Shown: in pieces, positions 21,126 through 29,661 of the stretch | Layout of the letters: each line of letters begins with the position of its first letter | Numbering within the stretch: the first letter of the stretch is position 1 | IMG/VR virus record: IMGVR_UViG_3300037755_001279 | Coordinates: 62,510 to 126,509 of that record | Source of the DNA: a virus | DNA: 64,000 bases | Strand: one strand, 5' to 3' | The notes under the pieces: model-generated | What the model was told of the DNA's origin: nothing | Seen by the model: the letters and a program-made list of their open reading frames with translations, nothing else | Database searches by the model: none | Made by a program: the position numbers and the translations under genes

Positions 21126-21476
21126 GTGCCAACGGTGAAACTCAGTGACTGGACCGATGCGCCGGTCTGGGAAATGCTTGTGCGTGGGCGGCGACCGCCG
21201 AGACTTACCGGAGACCCGCGGCGCTGGCCGGACCTCGATGCGTCGTGGCGGCGCTCGCACCACCACGCGTCTTTTGACGTCATTCGTGTGTCCGCCGGGC
21301 TGCAAGACGCCGACCTGATCGAACCTGTGCGCCGCGCCTGGGACGATCTGTGGTCGTCCCGTACAGCCGACGACGAATGGACGTTCGCGCATATTCTTGA
21401 CGCCGCCGTCGACGAACAAGACCGACGCCTCGGCAAACCGCCGCGGCCACCTAGAGCTGCCGAAGCGCCGCAATAG
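21126..21476 (+). CDS. Hypothetical protein, LDAAxxEQxRR family
   Basis: RWPDLDASW...WTFAHILDAAVDEQDRR; GTG 6 nt after the -10. Confidence 0.65.
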   Translation: MPTVKLSDWTDAPVWEMLVRGRRPPRLTGDPRRWPDLDASWRRSHHHASFDVIRVSAGLQDADLIEPVRRAWDDLWSSRTADDEWTFAHILDAAVDEQDRRLGKPPRPPRAAEAPQ

Positions 21477-21921
21477 TTACGCGGATCGACAGCACCACGC
21501 CCAGGTGCGCGCACGTGATGCGCAACGCGTCAAGCGCTGTATGATCATAGCATTCAACCTCCAGGCCGAACGCGTCGTTCATATACAATTCGTACAGCTG
21601 CACGAATGGACAGCCGACGTGTGAAACGTCGACGACGCCGGGCGTACGTACCGGCGATGTGTAGACTCCGCCGTCCAACAGCCGCGCAAGCGTATCCTGC
21701 ACCATGACTTTGTGTCCATGCCGAAACACCACGCGCGTTGTATTGCACCACGCATGAAACGCGTCGCTTCGCGTGGCGCGCTCCGGCCCATTCGTGCACG
21801 CGCGCCAGCCACACAACAGGTGTAGCGCTTCGATGACGTTCGTCCGATAAAACGACGTGTCGGCCGTAGACAGCCGCCGCGCGGGATTACCCGGGACTTT
21901 ATCCCCGCGCGCGCAGAACAC
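21451..21921 (-). CDS. N-terminally truncated, diverged paralog of 22236-22889 (capsid-like)
   Basis: Colinear matches: VPGNPARRLSTADT, GWRA, SDAFHAWCNTT, ALRITCAHLG. Confidence 0.6.
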   Translation of the reverse strand: MFCARGDKVPGNPARRLSTADTSFYRTNVIEALHLLCGWRACTNGPERATRSDAFHAWCNTTRVVFRHGHKVMVQDTLARLLDGGVYTSPVRTPGVVDVSHVGCPFVQLYELYMNDAFGLEVECYDHTALDALRITCAHLGVVLSIRVTIAALRQL

Positions 21922-21939
21922 TGGTCGGAAGGTGGCACA

Positions 21940-22236
21940 TCACGCAGCGCGGCGTGCCGCTTCAGCCAGCGCTGCGGTAAGCACATTGTCGAACGCGGCG
22001 TCATCACTTGTCGTACTTGGCGCTGCAGCCACTAACGCCGCCACCAAATCCTCGTCGGTGACCCCCATGTACCTGAGCAACACGGACAGGTTCAACACCG
22101 GAAACTTGAACGCCAGGACGTCAGGCCACTTCGTGAGGTCGCCGGTCATCGCACCGCCGGCAACTGCGCGTGCACCTGCCGCGTAGATCATCCGGCACAT
22201 GCGCAGTTGCTGTTCAAGATCGAGGTCGAGCTTCAT
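21940..22236 (-). CDS. Hypothetical protein, distant LDAAxxEQxRR family member
   Basis: MKLDLDLE start coupled to the upstream stop; KWPDVL...VLTAALAEAARR. Confidence 0.5.
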   Translation of the reverse strand: MKLDLDLEQQLRMCRMIYAAGARAVAGGAMTGDLTKWPDVLAFKFPVLNLSVLLRYMGVTDEDLVAALVAAAPSTTSDDAAFDNVLTAALAEAARRAA

Positions 22237-22889
22237 CAGTACACCGTCGTTTTGTAGAGACCGCGCAGGAAGATCCGCACCGACATACGGCAGCCGACGT
22301 GCGCGGTCGTGATGCGCAGCGCCGACACGGCAGCTACGCACTGCGGCGTGACAAGCGCCTCGAAGCCCAATTGCTGACGCACCTCGATCGGCAACACGAA
22401 CAGCTGGCCGGTCTTCGGCGCGTCGGGGTCCATGTCAGACGGTGCGCCGGGCGCCTGGTATTTGGCGTCAGGCGGCAATGTTCGTAGCAACTCGGACAGC
22501 GGCCACTCGGCACGCAGCTTCATGTTGTATTTGAACTGAACGCTGGTGGTCGCGAACCACGCTTGCGCAGCGTCACTTACGATCACCTCGCGTGGTGCCA
22601 CGACAGCGGCGCGCCAGCCGTACATGATAAAATCGTGGTCTTGCGGTAGCCCACTGTACCCCGGCCGAGGCAAATTGGTGTCAGCATTGGTGGCAGAGCG
22701 CACCGGGTTTGATCCTGGAACGTACTGCGACCGTCCGACACTGAACGGATCGATCACGTTGAGCTGCCCGTTGAAATCGAACGTGCCCCACAACTCGGTG
22801 TCACAATAGTCGTCGATGCGTACCACGCGCCCGCTGGGGAACGTCATCGTCGAAACGCCGGGCGCAACGCCTACGAAGCTGTGTGCCAT
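22236..22889 (-). CDS. Putative single jelly-roll capsid-like protein
   Basis: 217 aa, beta-strand pattern ADTNLP-x4-GLP...LPIEV...F...VRIFLRGLYKTTV, which I recall from capsid proteins of tailless viruses; not verified by search. Confidence 0.5.
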   Translation of the reverse strand: MAHSFVGVAPGVSTMTFPSGRVVRIDDYCDTELWGTFDFNGQLNVIDPFSVGRSQYVPGSNPVRSATNADTNLPRPGYSGLPQDHDFIMYGWRAAVVAPREVIVSDAAQAWFATTSVQFKYNMKLRAEWPLSELLRTLPPDAKYQAPGAPSDMDPDAPKTGQLFVLPIEVRQQLGFEALVTPQCVAAVSALRITTAHVGCRMSVRIFLRGLYKTTVY

Positions 22890-22938
22890 GTTGTTGAGCC
22901 CGGTGGTTTTGGTTGAAGGCAGCGCCACGCGAAGCCGC

Positions 22939-22986
22939 AACCTACCAGCACCCTCCGACGGACCCGTCGGCCCGCCGTGCTACGGT
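22939..22986. promoter_or_regulatory. Divergent pair of conserved phage promoters
   Basis: - CGTCGG-AGGGTGC-TG-G-TAGGTT (22960-22939); + CGTCGG-CCCGCCG-TG-C-TACGGT (22965-22986). Confidence 0.75.
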
Positions 22987-22996
22987 TCGTTCCAAC

Positions 22997-23434
22997 GTGT
23001 CCGATCAACGTGGGTACCTGCAGCCGACCGGCGATTCATTTCGCTGGCCGGACGTGCTCGACGCATGGGCGTATTGGGAGCACACCGACCCGGCACGGAA
23101 GCTGCCGGCGCTGCTCGCGCCGCTGCGCGCGCGCAGCGGCAAGTCCCCGTGTGACTACTTCGACGCCGACCTGAAAGACGCGATCTGCGCCGCCGTCGAC
23201 GGCGTCGACATCGAAAACCGATCGGTCGACGAAGATTGGACCAGCGCCAGCATCATTGATGCTGCCGTCGCCGAGCAATGTCGGCGCGATGGCATCATGG
23301 ACGCCACGCGGCTGCGCACACCAGCGCGGCTCCAGTCGCTGTCCCGGTATCGCGGCAAATGCGACACACGCGACACGTACTTCGCCGAGATCAGGGCGAT
23401 CTACAACGGCGTGATCAAGCGCACCGTCGTCTAA
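22997..23434 (+). CDS. Hypothetical protein, paralog of 21126-21476
   Basis: RWPDVLDAW...WTSASIIDAAVAEQCRR. Confidence 0.6.
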   Translation: MSDQRGYLQPTGDSFRWPDVLDAWAYWEHTDPARKLPALLAPLRARSGKSPCDYFDADLKDAICAAVDGVDIENRSVDEDWTSASIIDAAVAEQCRRDGIMDATRLRTPARLQSLSRYRGKCDTRDTYFAEIRAIYNGVIKRTVV

Positions 23435-23733
23435 CGCTTCAAGAAGCGCGAACCGGCGCCATAGCCCCGGATCACCGCCGTGCCGACGGCGAACGCCAGG
23501 ACACCCCAGCCGACGGCCGCGGTGGTGAAGTCGGCGATGGCGTTGTCACCGGTGCCTGCAGCCGCCGCGTCATCGGACCAGGCGTCACCCAGCTGACCAC
23601 GCGGCAGACAGCCGACGCCAGGCGGACAGCCGAGCCACTGATCGCGGTCGTCACGACCCAAGCCGACGCGGCGGAAGAAACGGGTGACCGGGCCGGGGGC
23701 ACCGGCGCCGCTGAGGGTGAGGGTGGTGGGCAT
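23431..23733 (-). CDS. Small membrane protein with LSG/LG motifs; candidate virion membrane protein
   Basis: TLSG, VGLG, QLG, C-terminal hydrophobic helix; TGATACGCT upstream. Confidence 0.55.
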   Translation of the reverse strand: MPTTLTLSGAGAPGPVTRFFRRVGLGRDDRDQWLGCPPGVGCLPRGQLGDAWSDDAAAAGTGDNAIADFTTAAVGWGVLAFAVGTAVIRGYGAGSRFLKR

Positions 23734-23789
23734 GGTGGTTGCTAGCGTATCACGGCGTCGGTGGGCTGTGGTAACGTGAACCGCCGCCG

Positions 23790-24107
23790 ATGAGCACGTA
23801 CGACGTCATCTGGTACTGGCGTGGCCCTGGCCAGCTCAAGGAGCGGCCGCGCATCGAAGGTCTGACAGCGCGCGTTGCCGCCCGCGCTGCTGTTCGTGCG
23901 GTGCGTGACGGGGGTGACGCCGCGTTCGTCGTGCCTGCCGGCGCTAGCATCGCGAACCCCGCGATGCACTGCAAGGTCAGCCTGCGTACACGACGCCCGA
24001 CCGCGCGCGCTCGCCGGACGTTCGTGGCCTGCACGCCAACGGCGAGCTTCAAGAAGTTGCTGCAGACCCCGCGCGCAAAGCCGAAGCGCCGGCGGAGGGC
24101 CCGCTGA
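23790..24107 (+). CDS. Basic hypothetical protein with Arg-rich C-terminus
   Basis: Ends KPKRRRRAR; conserved promoter at 23756-23777. Confidence 0.6.
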   Translation: MSTYDVIWYWRGPGQLKERPRIEGLTARVAARAAVRAVRDGGDAAFVVPAGASIANPAMHCKVSLRTRRPTARARRTFVACTPTASFKKLLQTPRAKPKRRRRAR

Positions 24108-24430
24108 TGCCACGGCGTCAACGCAGCCCGATCCGCGTCGGGAATTGCTTCCCGTGGCCGTTCGAACCGCGGCGCCGCGATGAGCCCCGTATGGTGTGCC
24201 GATGGATCTGTGACCGTGCGCCGCGCGCTGCGGAATTCGTCCAGCGCGACGACCCGCGCCGCACGGCGATCCTGCACCCATCAACGAAGCGGAAGGGTTG
24301 GCAGGTGTCATTCTTCGACCAGGACGGCGCCGTCAGCGACGTGATCCGCGCTGACTGCAGCGCGGCGCTCTACGATGCCGGCATCACACCGGGGGCGTGG
24401 CGACTGCGCGCGGTCGAGCCACGGCGGTGA
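24107..24430 (+). CDS. Hypothetical protein
   Basis: TGATG-coupled 107-aa ORF. Confidence 0.55.
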   Translation: MPRRQRSPIRVGNCFPWPFEPRRRDEPRMVCRWICDRAPRAAEFVQRDDPRRTAILHPSTKRKGWQVSFFDQDGAVSDVIRADCSAALYDAGITPGAWRLRAVEPRR

Positions 24431-24461
24431 GCCCGTCGGAGGGGTGTGCTATCAGCACGGA

Positions 24462-24722
24462 ATGCCGGCCCACATCATCGTCATGTTCGCCGAGGGTGAC
24501 TTCCACCGCGCGACTAGTTGCGACAGCCCCGAAGAGGCCCGCGGCTTCGTCGCCGGCTTCACCGCCGGTGCCGATGCCTACGGCGCCGGCTCAGCCGCTG
24601 CGTACATCATCCCCGAGGATCAGCACGAGATGAAGGCGCACGAATCGCCGAGCGCCATCACGACGGCGCACGCCGCCGTGCGGCGGCTCGAAGCGGCGCT
24701 TGCGGCGCCAGCGACTAGCTGA
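24462..24722 (+). CDS. Hypothetical protein, probably leaderless
   Basis: ATG 6 nt after the -10 of the conserved promoter at 24434-24455. Confidence 0.6.
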   Translation: MPAHIIVMFAEGDFHRATSCDSPEEARGFVAGFTAGADAYGAGSAAAYIIPEDQHEMKAHESPSAITTAHAAVRRLEAALAAPATS

Positions 24723-24792
24723 TACAACCAAGCCGTCATGATCGCCCGCGCCATCGTCGACCGCCTGCAGCAACGCTGAACCTGCGTTTCGC

Positions 24793-24863
24793 TGGGGTGT
24801 GGTCTAGTGGCACGACGGCAGGCTCTGACCCTGCAGACGGTGGTTCGACTCCACCCACCCCAT
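24793..24863 (+). tRNA. tRNA-Gln(CTG)
   Basis: TGGGGTG/CACCCCA acceptor, GCAGG-CTCTGAC-CCTGC anticodon arm, GGTGG-TTCGACT-CCACC T arm. Confidence 0.9.
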
Positions 24864-24873
24864 CTAGCCGTGC

Positions 24874-24946
24874 TGGCGCGCGGTCAGGATGGCACTGACG
24901 CCGGCCTTTGAAGCCGGAGACGCGGGTTCGAGTCCCGAGGCGCCTA
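24874..24946 (+). tRNA. tRNA-Gln(TTG) with acceptor and T-stem mismatches
   Basis: CCGGC-CTTTGAA-GCCGG anticodon arm, TTCGAGT T-loop, GGCGC/GCGCC acceptor core. Confidence 0.75.
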
Positions 24947-25426
24947 CCGCCGTTTGCCGGTCATTTGTTCAACGCGACGCCGGCTGTCCGCCTGGTTCAC
25001 CCGCCGCGCTTCGGCCGCGGTCATCAAACGGAAGTCCGCGTTCGGCGCGTCGCGCCGAAACACCGCGAGCCATTCAGCTGCCGTGTCGTCGGTGACGTCA
25101 CGCTCGTGCACCCACCGCGGGCTGGCCGGGTTGGTGTCGTAGCGCCAAAGCCCGCGCGTCGCTGACACGCCCCCTTGTAACACACGAGACCGACGCCGGC
25201 GCCGAACCCCCGCCAACCCGCTCGTGCACCGTTTCGCCGAGCACTTCACCAACACCTCGGGCTCACGTCCACCGCACACCTGCGTCACCGTCGCCGCCGG
25301 ATGCCCGATGCCGCGGGCGGCGCGCTCGGCTGCGCGCTGCGCCGTCACCAGGCCCTTGCGCGTGGCCGCGAACGTGTCGATGTCGCGGCCGCGGACGGCG
25401 AGGACGAGCTTGCAGGATTTGGTCAC
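24944..25426 (-). CDS. Two-module protein joined by LAG-VRRRRRSRV-LQG
   Basis: Translation of the ORF from GTG at 25426. Confidence 0.6.
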   Translation of the reverse strand: MTKSCKLVLAVRGRDIDTFAATRKGLVTAQRAAERAARGIGHPAATVTQVCGGREPEVLVKCSAKRCTSGLAGVRRRRRSRVLQGGVSATRGLWRYDTNPASPRWVHERDVTDDTAAEWLAVFRRDAPNADFRLMTAAEARRVNQADSRRRVEQMTGKRR

Positions 25427-25433
25427 GGGGCCC

Positions 25434-25691
25434 TCAGCACCGCACCTTCCAGCCGACGTGCAGCGGGCTCTGCCAGTGCTTTTCCGCTTCGGCGCGCGTT
25501 GCGAGCCGTGCGCGCTGCGCCGAGCCGCCGGCACCACGCATGAGCTTCTTGCCCCGACCGCCGCCCGGCTGCACGTGGACGGTGCCGGTCCGCGTGTCCG
25601 TGAACGCGTAGAGCGTCCGTGAATCGCCGCCGACCCAGCCACGGCGCGCGCTGTACTGCGGCAGCGGCGCCTTGCGGATGCACTTTGCCAT
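25434..25691 (-). CDS. Small basic hypothetical protein
   Basis: 85 aa; TAGGCT ends 7 nt before the ATG. Confidence 0.6.
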   Translation of the reverse strand: MAKCIRKAPLPQYSARRGWVGGDSRTLYAFTDTRTGTVHVQPGGGRGKKLMRGAGGSAQRARLATRAEAEKHWQSPLHVGWKVRC

Positions 25692-25709
25692 GGTCGGTAG
25701 CCTACACCA

Positions 25710-26162
25710 TCACCGTTGCCGGCGTCGACGCCCACGGCCCAGGTCAGGCTGACGCCGCTCGCAGACCTGCACCGCGTGCTGCAACTTGAGGATCGCCCGG
25801 CGCTGCGTCGCCGTCAGCGCGCGACCACGCGCCATCTGCTGCACGATGTACTTGGCGTCATCGCAGTCTTTGCGACGAAACGCCAGGCGGAGGTCACGCA
25901 GCTGCCAGCCGAAGTCGTTTTTCGGGTGCCCCGCGATGCCGGCGGGGACTACTCGAACGCTGATGCGGGAAGGATCGACCTTGGACAGACGGTCAGCGAC
26001 CTTTTGTGCGTCATCCATGTTGGTGAAGACTCGGTCGTCTCCATCGGCATCGGTGATGAAATCGGTGCGGCCGGTGGTGTGCCGTTTCTGGAGCTTGAAC
26101 CCTGCCACGGTGCCCTCATTTCGGTAGGCATCAGCGCCTTCGCCTCTTGCCGCATCCGCCAA
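25710..26162 (-). CDS. Hypothetical protein ending DLG-RGRRRRQR
   Basis: 150-aa ORF; start uncertain. Confidence 0.6.
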   Translation of the reverse strand: MADAARGEGADAYRNEGTVAGFKLQKRHTTGRTDFITDADGDDRVFTNMDDAQKVADRLSKVDPSRISVRVVPAGIAGHPKNDFGWQLRDLRLAFRRKDCDDAKYIVQQMARGRALTATQRRAILKLQHAVQVCERRQPDLGRGRRRRQR

Positions 26163-26385
26163 ATTCCTTAGCGTCGATTGCCGCGATCAGTTGACGATCG
26201 ATGGCCTGTAGATCTCGTAAGCCATGCTTACGTAGATCTCGATCCAACCTCTTCCCGCCAGTGGCGATTTGAACCTGGATGAGTGCTTGCCGCCGACGAA
26301 GATCCTTGAGTGGCTTCTTCGCCAGCGCACAGACAACCTGCTGCACTTGAGCAGGCGTCATCCTTGATGGACGCGGCAAGCCCAT
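26131..26385 (-). CDS. Hypothetical protein ending FGG-CGKRRRR
   Basis: 84-aa ORF, TGATG-coupled to the upstream gene. Confidence 0.6.
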   Translation of the reverse strand: MGLPRPSRMTPAQVQQVVCALAKKPLKDLRRRQALIQVQIATGGKRLDRDLRKHGLRDLQAIDRQLIAAIDAKEFGGCGKRRRR

Positions 26386-26537
26386 CAGCGCCGCCGGCGG
26401 GCGCGCTTCACGCCCTGCAGTGGCCCACAGGCCTTCAGGTAGTTGGCCAGCGCAGCCGGGCCGCGGTCATGCGCCCGTGCGGCAGCCTTGCGGCTGCAAC
26501 GATTCGGACGGGAACGTGTACGTCGGCGCCATCCCAT
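26385..26537 (-). CDS. Small basic protein ending LQG-VKRARRRR (50 aa)
   Basis: Manual translation MGWRRRTRSRPNRCSRKAAARAHDRGPAALANYLKACGPLQGVKRARRRR; TGATAGGCT 6 nt before the ATG. Confidence 0.65.
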   Translation of the reverse strand: MGWRRRTRSRPNRCSRKAAARAHDRGPAALANYLKACGPLQGVKRARRRR

Positions 26538-26570
26538 GGTGGCAGCCTATCACGGCGGCGCCGCGGTCGG

Positions 26571-26642
26571 CTAGCGCCGACGACGCTTGCGGCGACCCGC
26601 CAGCTGGCCATCGGTCAGCTTGCAGCGCTTCAACACCAGCAC
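26571..26642 (-). CDS. Very short peptide or gene remnant ending LAG-RRKRRRR
   Basis: VLVLKRCKLTDGQLAGRRKRRRR-stop; start uncertain. Confidence 0.4.
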   Translation of the reverse strand: MLVLKRCKLTDGQLAGRRKRRRR

Positions 26643-26680
26643 CGTGCCCGGCGCCGTGATGGCTCTGGGCAGCGCCAGGC

Positions 26681-26989
26681 CTAGCCCTCGATGTTGCGCT
26701 TGGCCAGCCAAAGACCGGCCGCGACACCGGCAATGGCTCCGACGACCTTGGCGACGCCGCTGAAGCTCGGCAGCAGCGGCGCGCCCAGGGCACCTGACAG
26801 CCCGGGGGCGGTCATGTAGCCGGCCGGGCTGCCGGTCATCTGGAATTCATCCCCGAAGGGGATGGGACTCCAGCCGAACGCGCTGAACCCGCCACCGCCC
26901 GACGGGAAGGTCGGGAAATAGCGGATCTTTTGGTTCGGGTTGTTGGGCGCCGAGTGATGGTCCTGGCGCCACCGGGTGGCGGACACCAT
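26681..26989 (-). CDS. Small membrane protein with LSGALG motif before a C-terminal TM helix
   Basis: GLSGALG...VVGAIAGVAAGLWLAKR. Confidence 0.65.
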   Translation of the reverse strand: MVSATRWRQDHHSAPNNPNQKIRYFPTFPSGGGGFSAFGWSPIPFGDEFQMTGSPAGYMTAPGLSGALGAPLLPSFSGVAKVVGAIAGVAAGLWLAKRNIEG

Positions 26990-27010
26990 GGTGGGTGGGT
27001 CCTTCCCGGC

Positions 27011-27142
27011 TCAGCGCCGGCCGCGGCGGCGGATGCACTTGCCGCGCTTGCCCATCTTCCAGCCGGCGCCGCACGAGGCGGAGCCCAGGCCACGACGGCG
27101 ACGACGGCGACGAGAACGACCCAGGAGATTGATGCTTGCCAT
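27011..27142 (-). CDS. Protamine-like protein (43 aa)
   Basis: Manual translation MASINLLGRSRRRRRRRGLGSASCGAGWKMGKRGKCIRRRGRR. Confidence 0.7.
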   Translation of the reverse strand: MASINLLGRSRRRRRRRGLGSASCGAGWKMGKRGKCIRRRGRR

Positions 27143-27174
27143 GGTTTCGAGGATCGCACACGCGATCCTGGTCG

Positions 27175-29528
27175 TCAAGACCTACGCAACGCCTTGAGGG
27201 CCGCCAACCCGCGGTACGCTTTTGGGCCACGGGGGTGGTCCCACGCTGACCCAAGCCGTTCAGGGATGTGATGTCCACGAAGCCATGCACACACGGCGTG
27301 CCAACAACGTCGGTGCCAATGGTGCAGGACATTTGCCGCGTCGCGGTTGTGCACCGTGAGCCTGCCGGTAGTCTTGCCGCAACGACTGCACGCCGATTTT
27401 TGCTTCACAACGCCCCGCCGTCGTCCGCCCACACGGCGAGCTGCGCCGTGAGGATATTTGCGGCGGCGCGGTAGTCATCATCGTCGCTGTGCCTAGACGC
27501 GCGCAACGGCGCCAGCCATTGATCCAACATTTCGACGCGCGGTCCAAGGATGACTGCGTTGCGGCCTGGCCGCGCAACACATGAGGCAAGTGGAGATCCT
27601 GGCACGCCGATGTTTACGATCGCCTCTTGCAGGCCGCGAACGACCATGTTGATCCCAAACTGCATGAAGTCTTCATCCAGCTGGACGTCGAACACCATGA
27701 TGACCATGGCCCGGGTAGCTACCACCTTCACGGCCGGCCCCCGGCGATCCGGACGATCTCCGCGAGCGCGGCGACGGAGACGTTGAGGTCAGACGCCTCA
27801 TCGTCGGACAGCGCATCGAAGTATCGGTGCGCTGCGAACGCCGGCGTGAATGGCTCGACGACGGATAAGATGGCCTCAGCCGGCATCCCGATGATGATCG
27901 GCCTGGGGAGCGCACCGCGTTCGGTACGCGCGACGCGATAACCAGGACCCGTAAATCCAGCTAAGTCCCGGCGTGCTGCTGTCTCGAATGCCGTGACGAC
28001 GACCGCGGTGTCGTCACCGTCCGTCAGCGTAATGTCGATCTCGACAAACACGACGGCCTTCAAACGTTTGCGCGGTGGCAGGTTCACTTCCGCGCCGCCT
28101 CAGCTTGCGTGTAACAGCAGCTGTCGCGCACGCTGGTACAGATCCGGGCAATCTCCGCTGCAGCTGCGCACGCAATGTTGAGGGCCGCGCGGCAGTCAGC
28201 GCACCGGTAGTCAGGCCAAGGTAGGTGTCCGGATCCTGGCCTGACTGTACTCGTTGTGGCGTGGATACCGATGAGCTGCAACGCTGTATCGGCGTCCGCC
28301 GCTGCGAACAGATCCAGCAGTTGCTGCGCGGGTGCGCCGATCAGCACGGGGCGTGGGGTTGCCTGGGGATCGTGCATTTGCACCATGTCGACGTGCCAAC
28401 GACCTTCATGATGGCTAGACCCCGTGATACCACGGCCCACCTTCTGCGATACATCGTACAACATGTGGAGCAAGACGTGCGGGTCATCAACCTCAAGCTC
28501 GACCGGCACCAACACAACGGCCTTGTACTTCACGCGCCGTGATCCTGCAGGGGCAGCTCGCAGCGCGCACAGTCATGGTGCCGACAGTTGACGCAATCAC
28601 CGTCGTCGCAGACGAAGTTGTGATGCAGCCGGCCGTTGCTCCGAAGTTCGTTGAACGCAGCGGTGATGACGCTGAGCGGCGGCGGTGGCGTGTCTACGAC
28701 AACAACGTGCGCTGGGTGTTCACGCAATGGTCGGTTGCAGCGTTCACACATGTGATCCTGACAGATGGCGCACCAGTCGGAGGTGCACAACCAGCCGGCG
28801 CAGGTGGGTCTGCGGTAGGGCCCCGCATGGGGCGCGGTGCCGGATCCATTTTCCGGCCCGCGCGCTGCGTCCGCAGCGAGCTGGCTCCGTTCGCGGCGCA
28901 GCCCAGCGTTCCAGATAACCTGGACCACGATTGCAAAAGCAACCGCGCCGCCGGCGCCGATCACGACCAACCGCGGCTCGGCGCCACCCAACAGCATCAG
29001 ACCGATGAAGAAGAACATGGCGACGTATGCCATGGCTTCGCCAAACAAGGACTTGCGACCCACGGTTCAATCCTCCCCGGAAAACTCGGCGATGGCTTCC
29101 AGCTCGTCCAAACCTACCAGCACTGGCGCTGGCGCCCGGCGCACCACCCGTGCCGTGCCGCTGATCGGAAACGCGCCGACCGTGGCGTCGTGCTTGAACT
29201 GCAATTCCAGGCCGCTGTCCTCGACGATCAAGAACACCGGCATGTCCGCGGTGACGATCACGTAGAGGCCACCGTTGACGTAGTCATGGGCGACACGCGG
29301 CCGACCGCTGGCAAGCCGCGGCGGCGTGGCCAGTTCATTCGGCGATGCAGGCGCTGCGATCTCAGGGAGGACGTCAACCTTCGCATCGTCATCGTCGGCG
29401 CGTGGATTTCCACCCAAGGCTGCGGCCGCGCTCATGGCGCGCGTATACTTCCCAGGTTGACCGCCGGTTCCCACGGTCACGTCAGCCTCGGCCTGCACGA
29501 GATCCGCGTCGATCTTTAGCTTGGTCAT
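27175..29528 (-). other. Run of coupled hypothetical genes (27175-27432, 27405-27731, 27728-28087, 28084-28533, 28530-29063, 29067-~29528)
   Basis: Overlapping stop/start codons; 28530-29063 has two TM helices and Cys/His clusters. Confidence 0.55.
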
Positions 29529-29661
29529 CGCCGCCCCCCGATGTACGGCCACGGAAACCGTGGCGGCCATGCGCCCCAACGGCGCCGCCAAAGCAGCCGG
29601 CACCCGAGGTCAAACAAGACCAGGCCGACAGCACCGCCGCCCAGGAACATCACGGCTAGCA

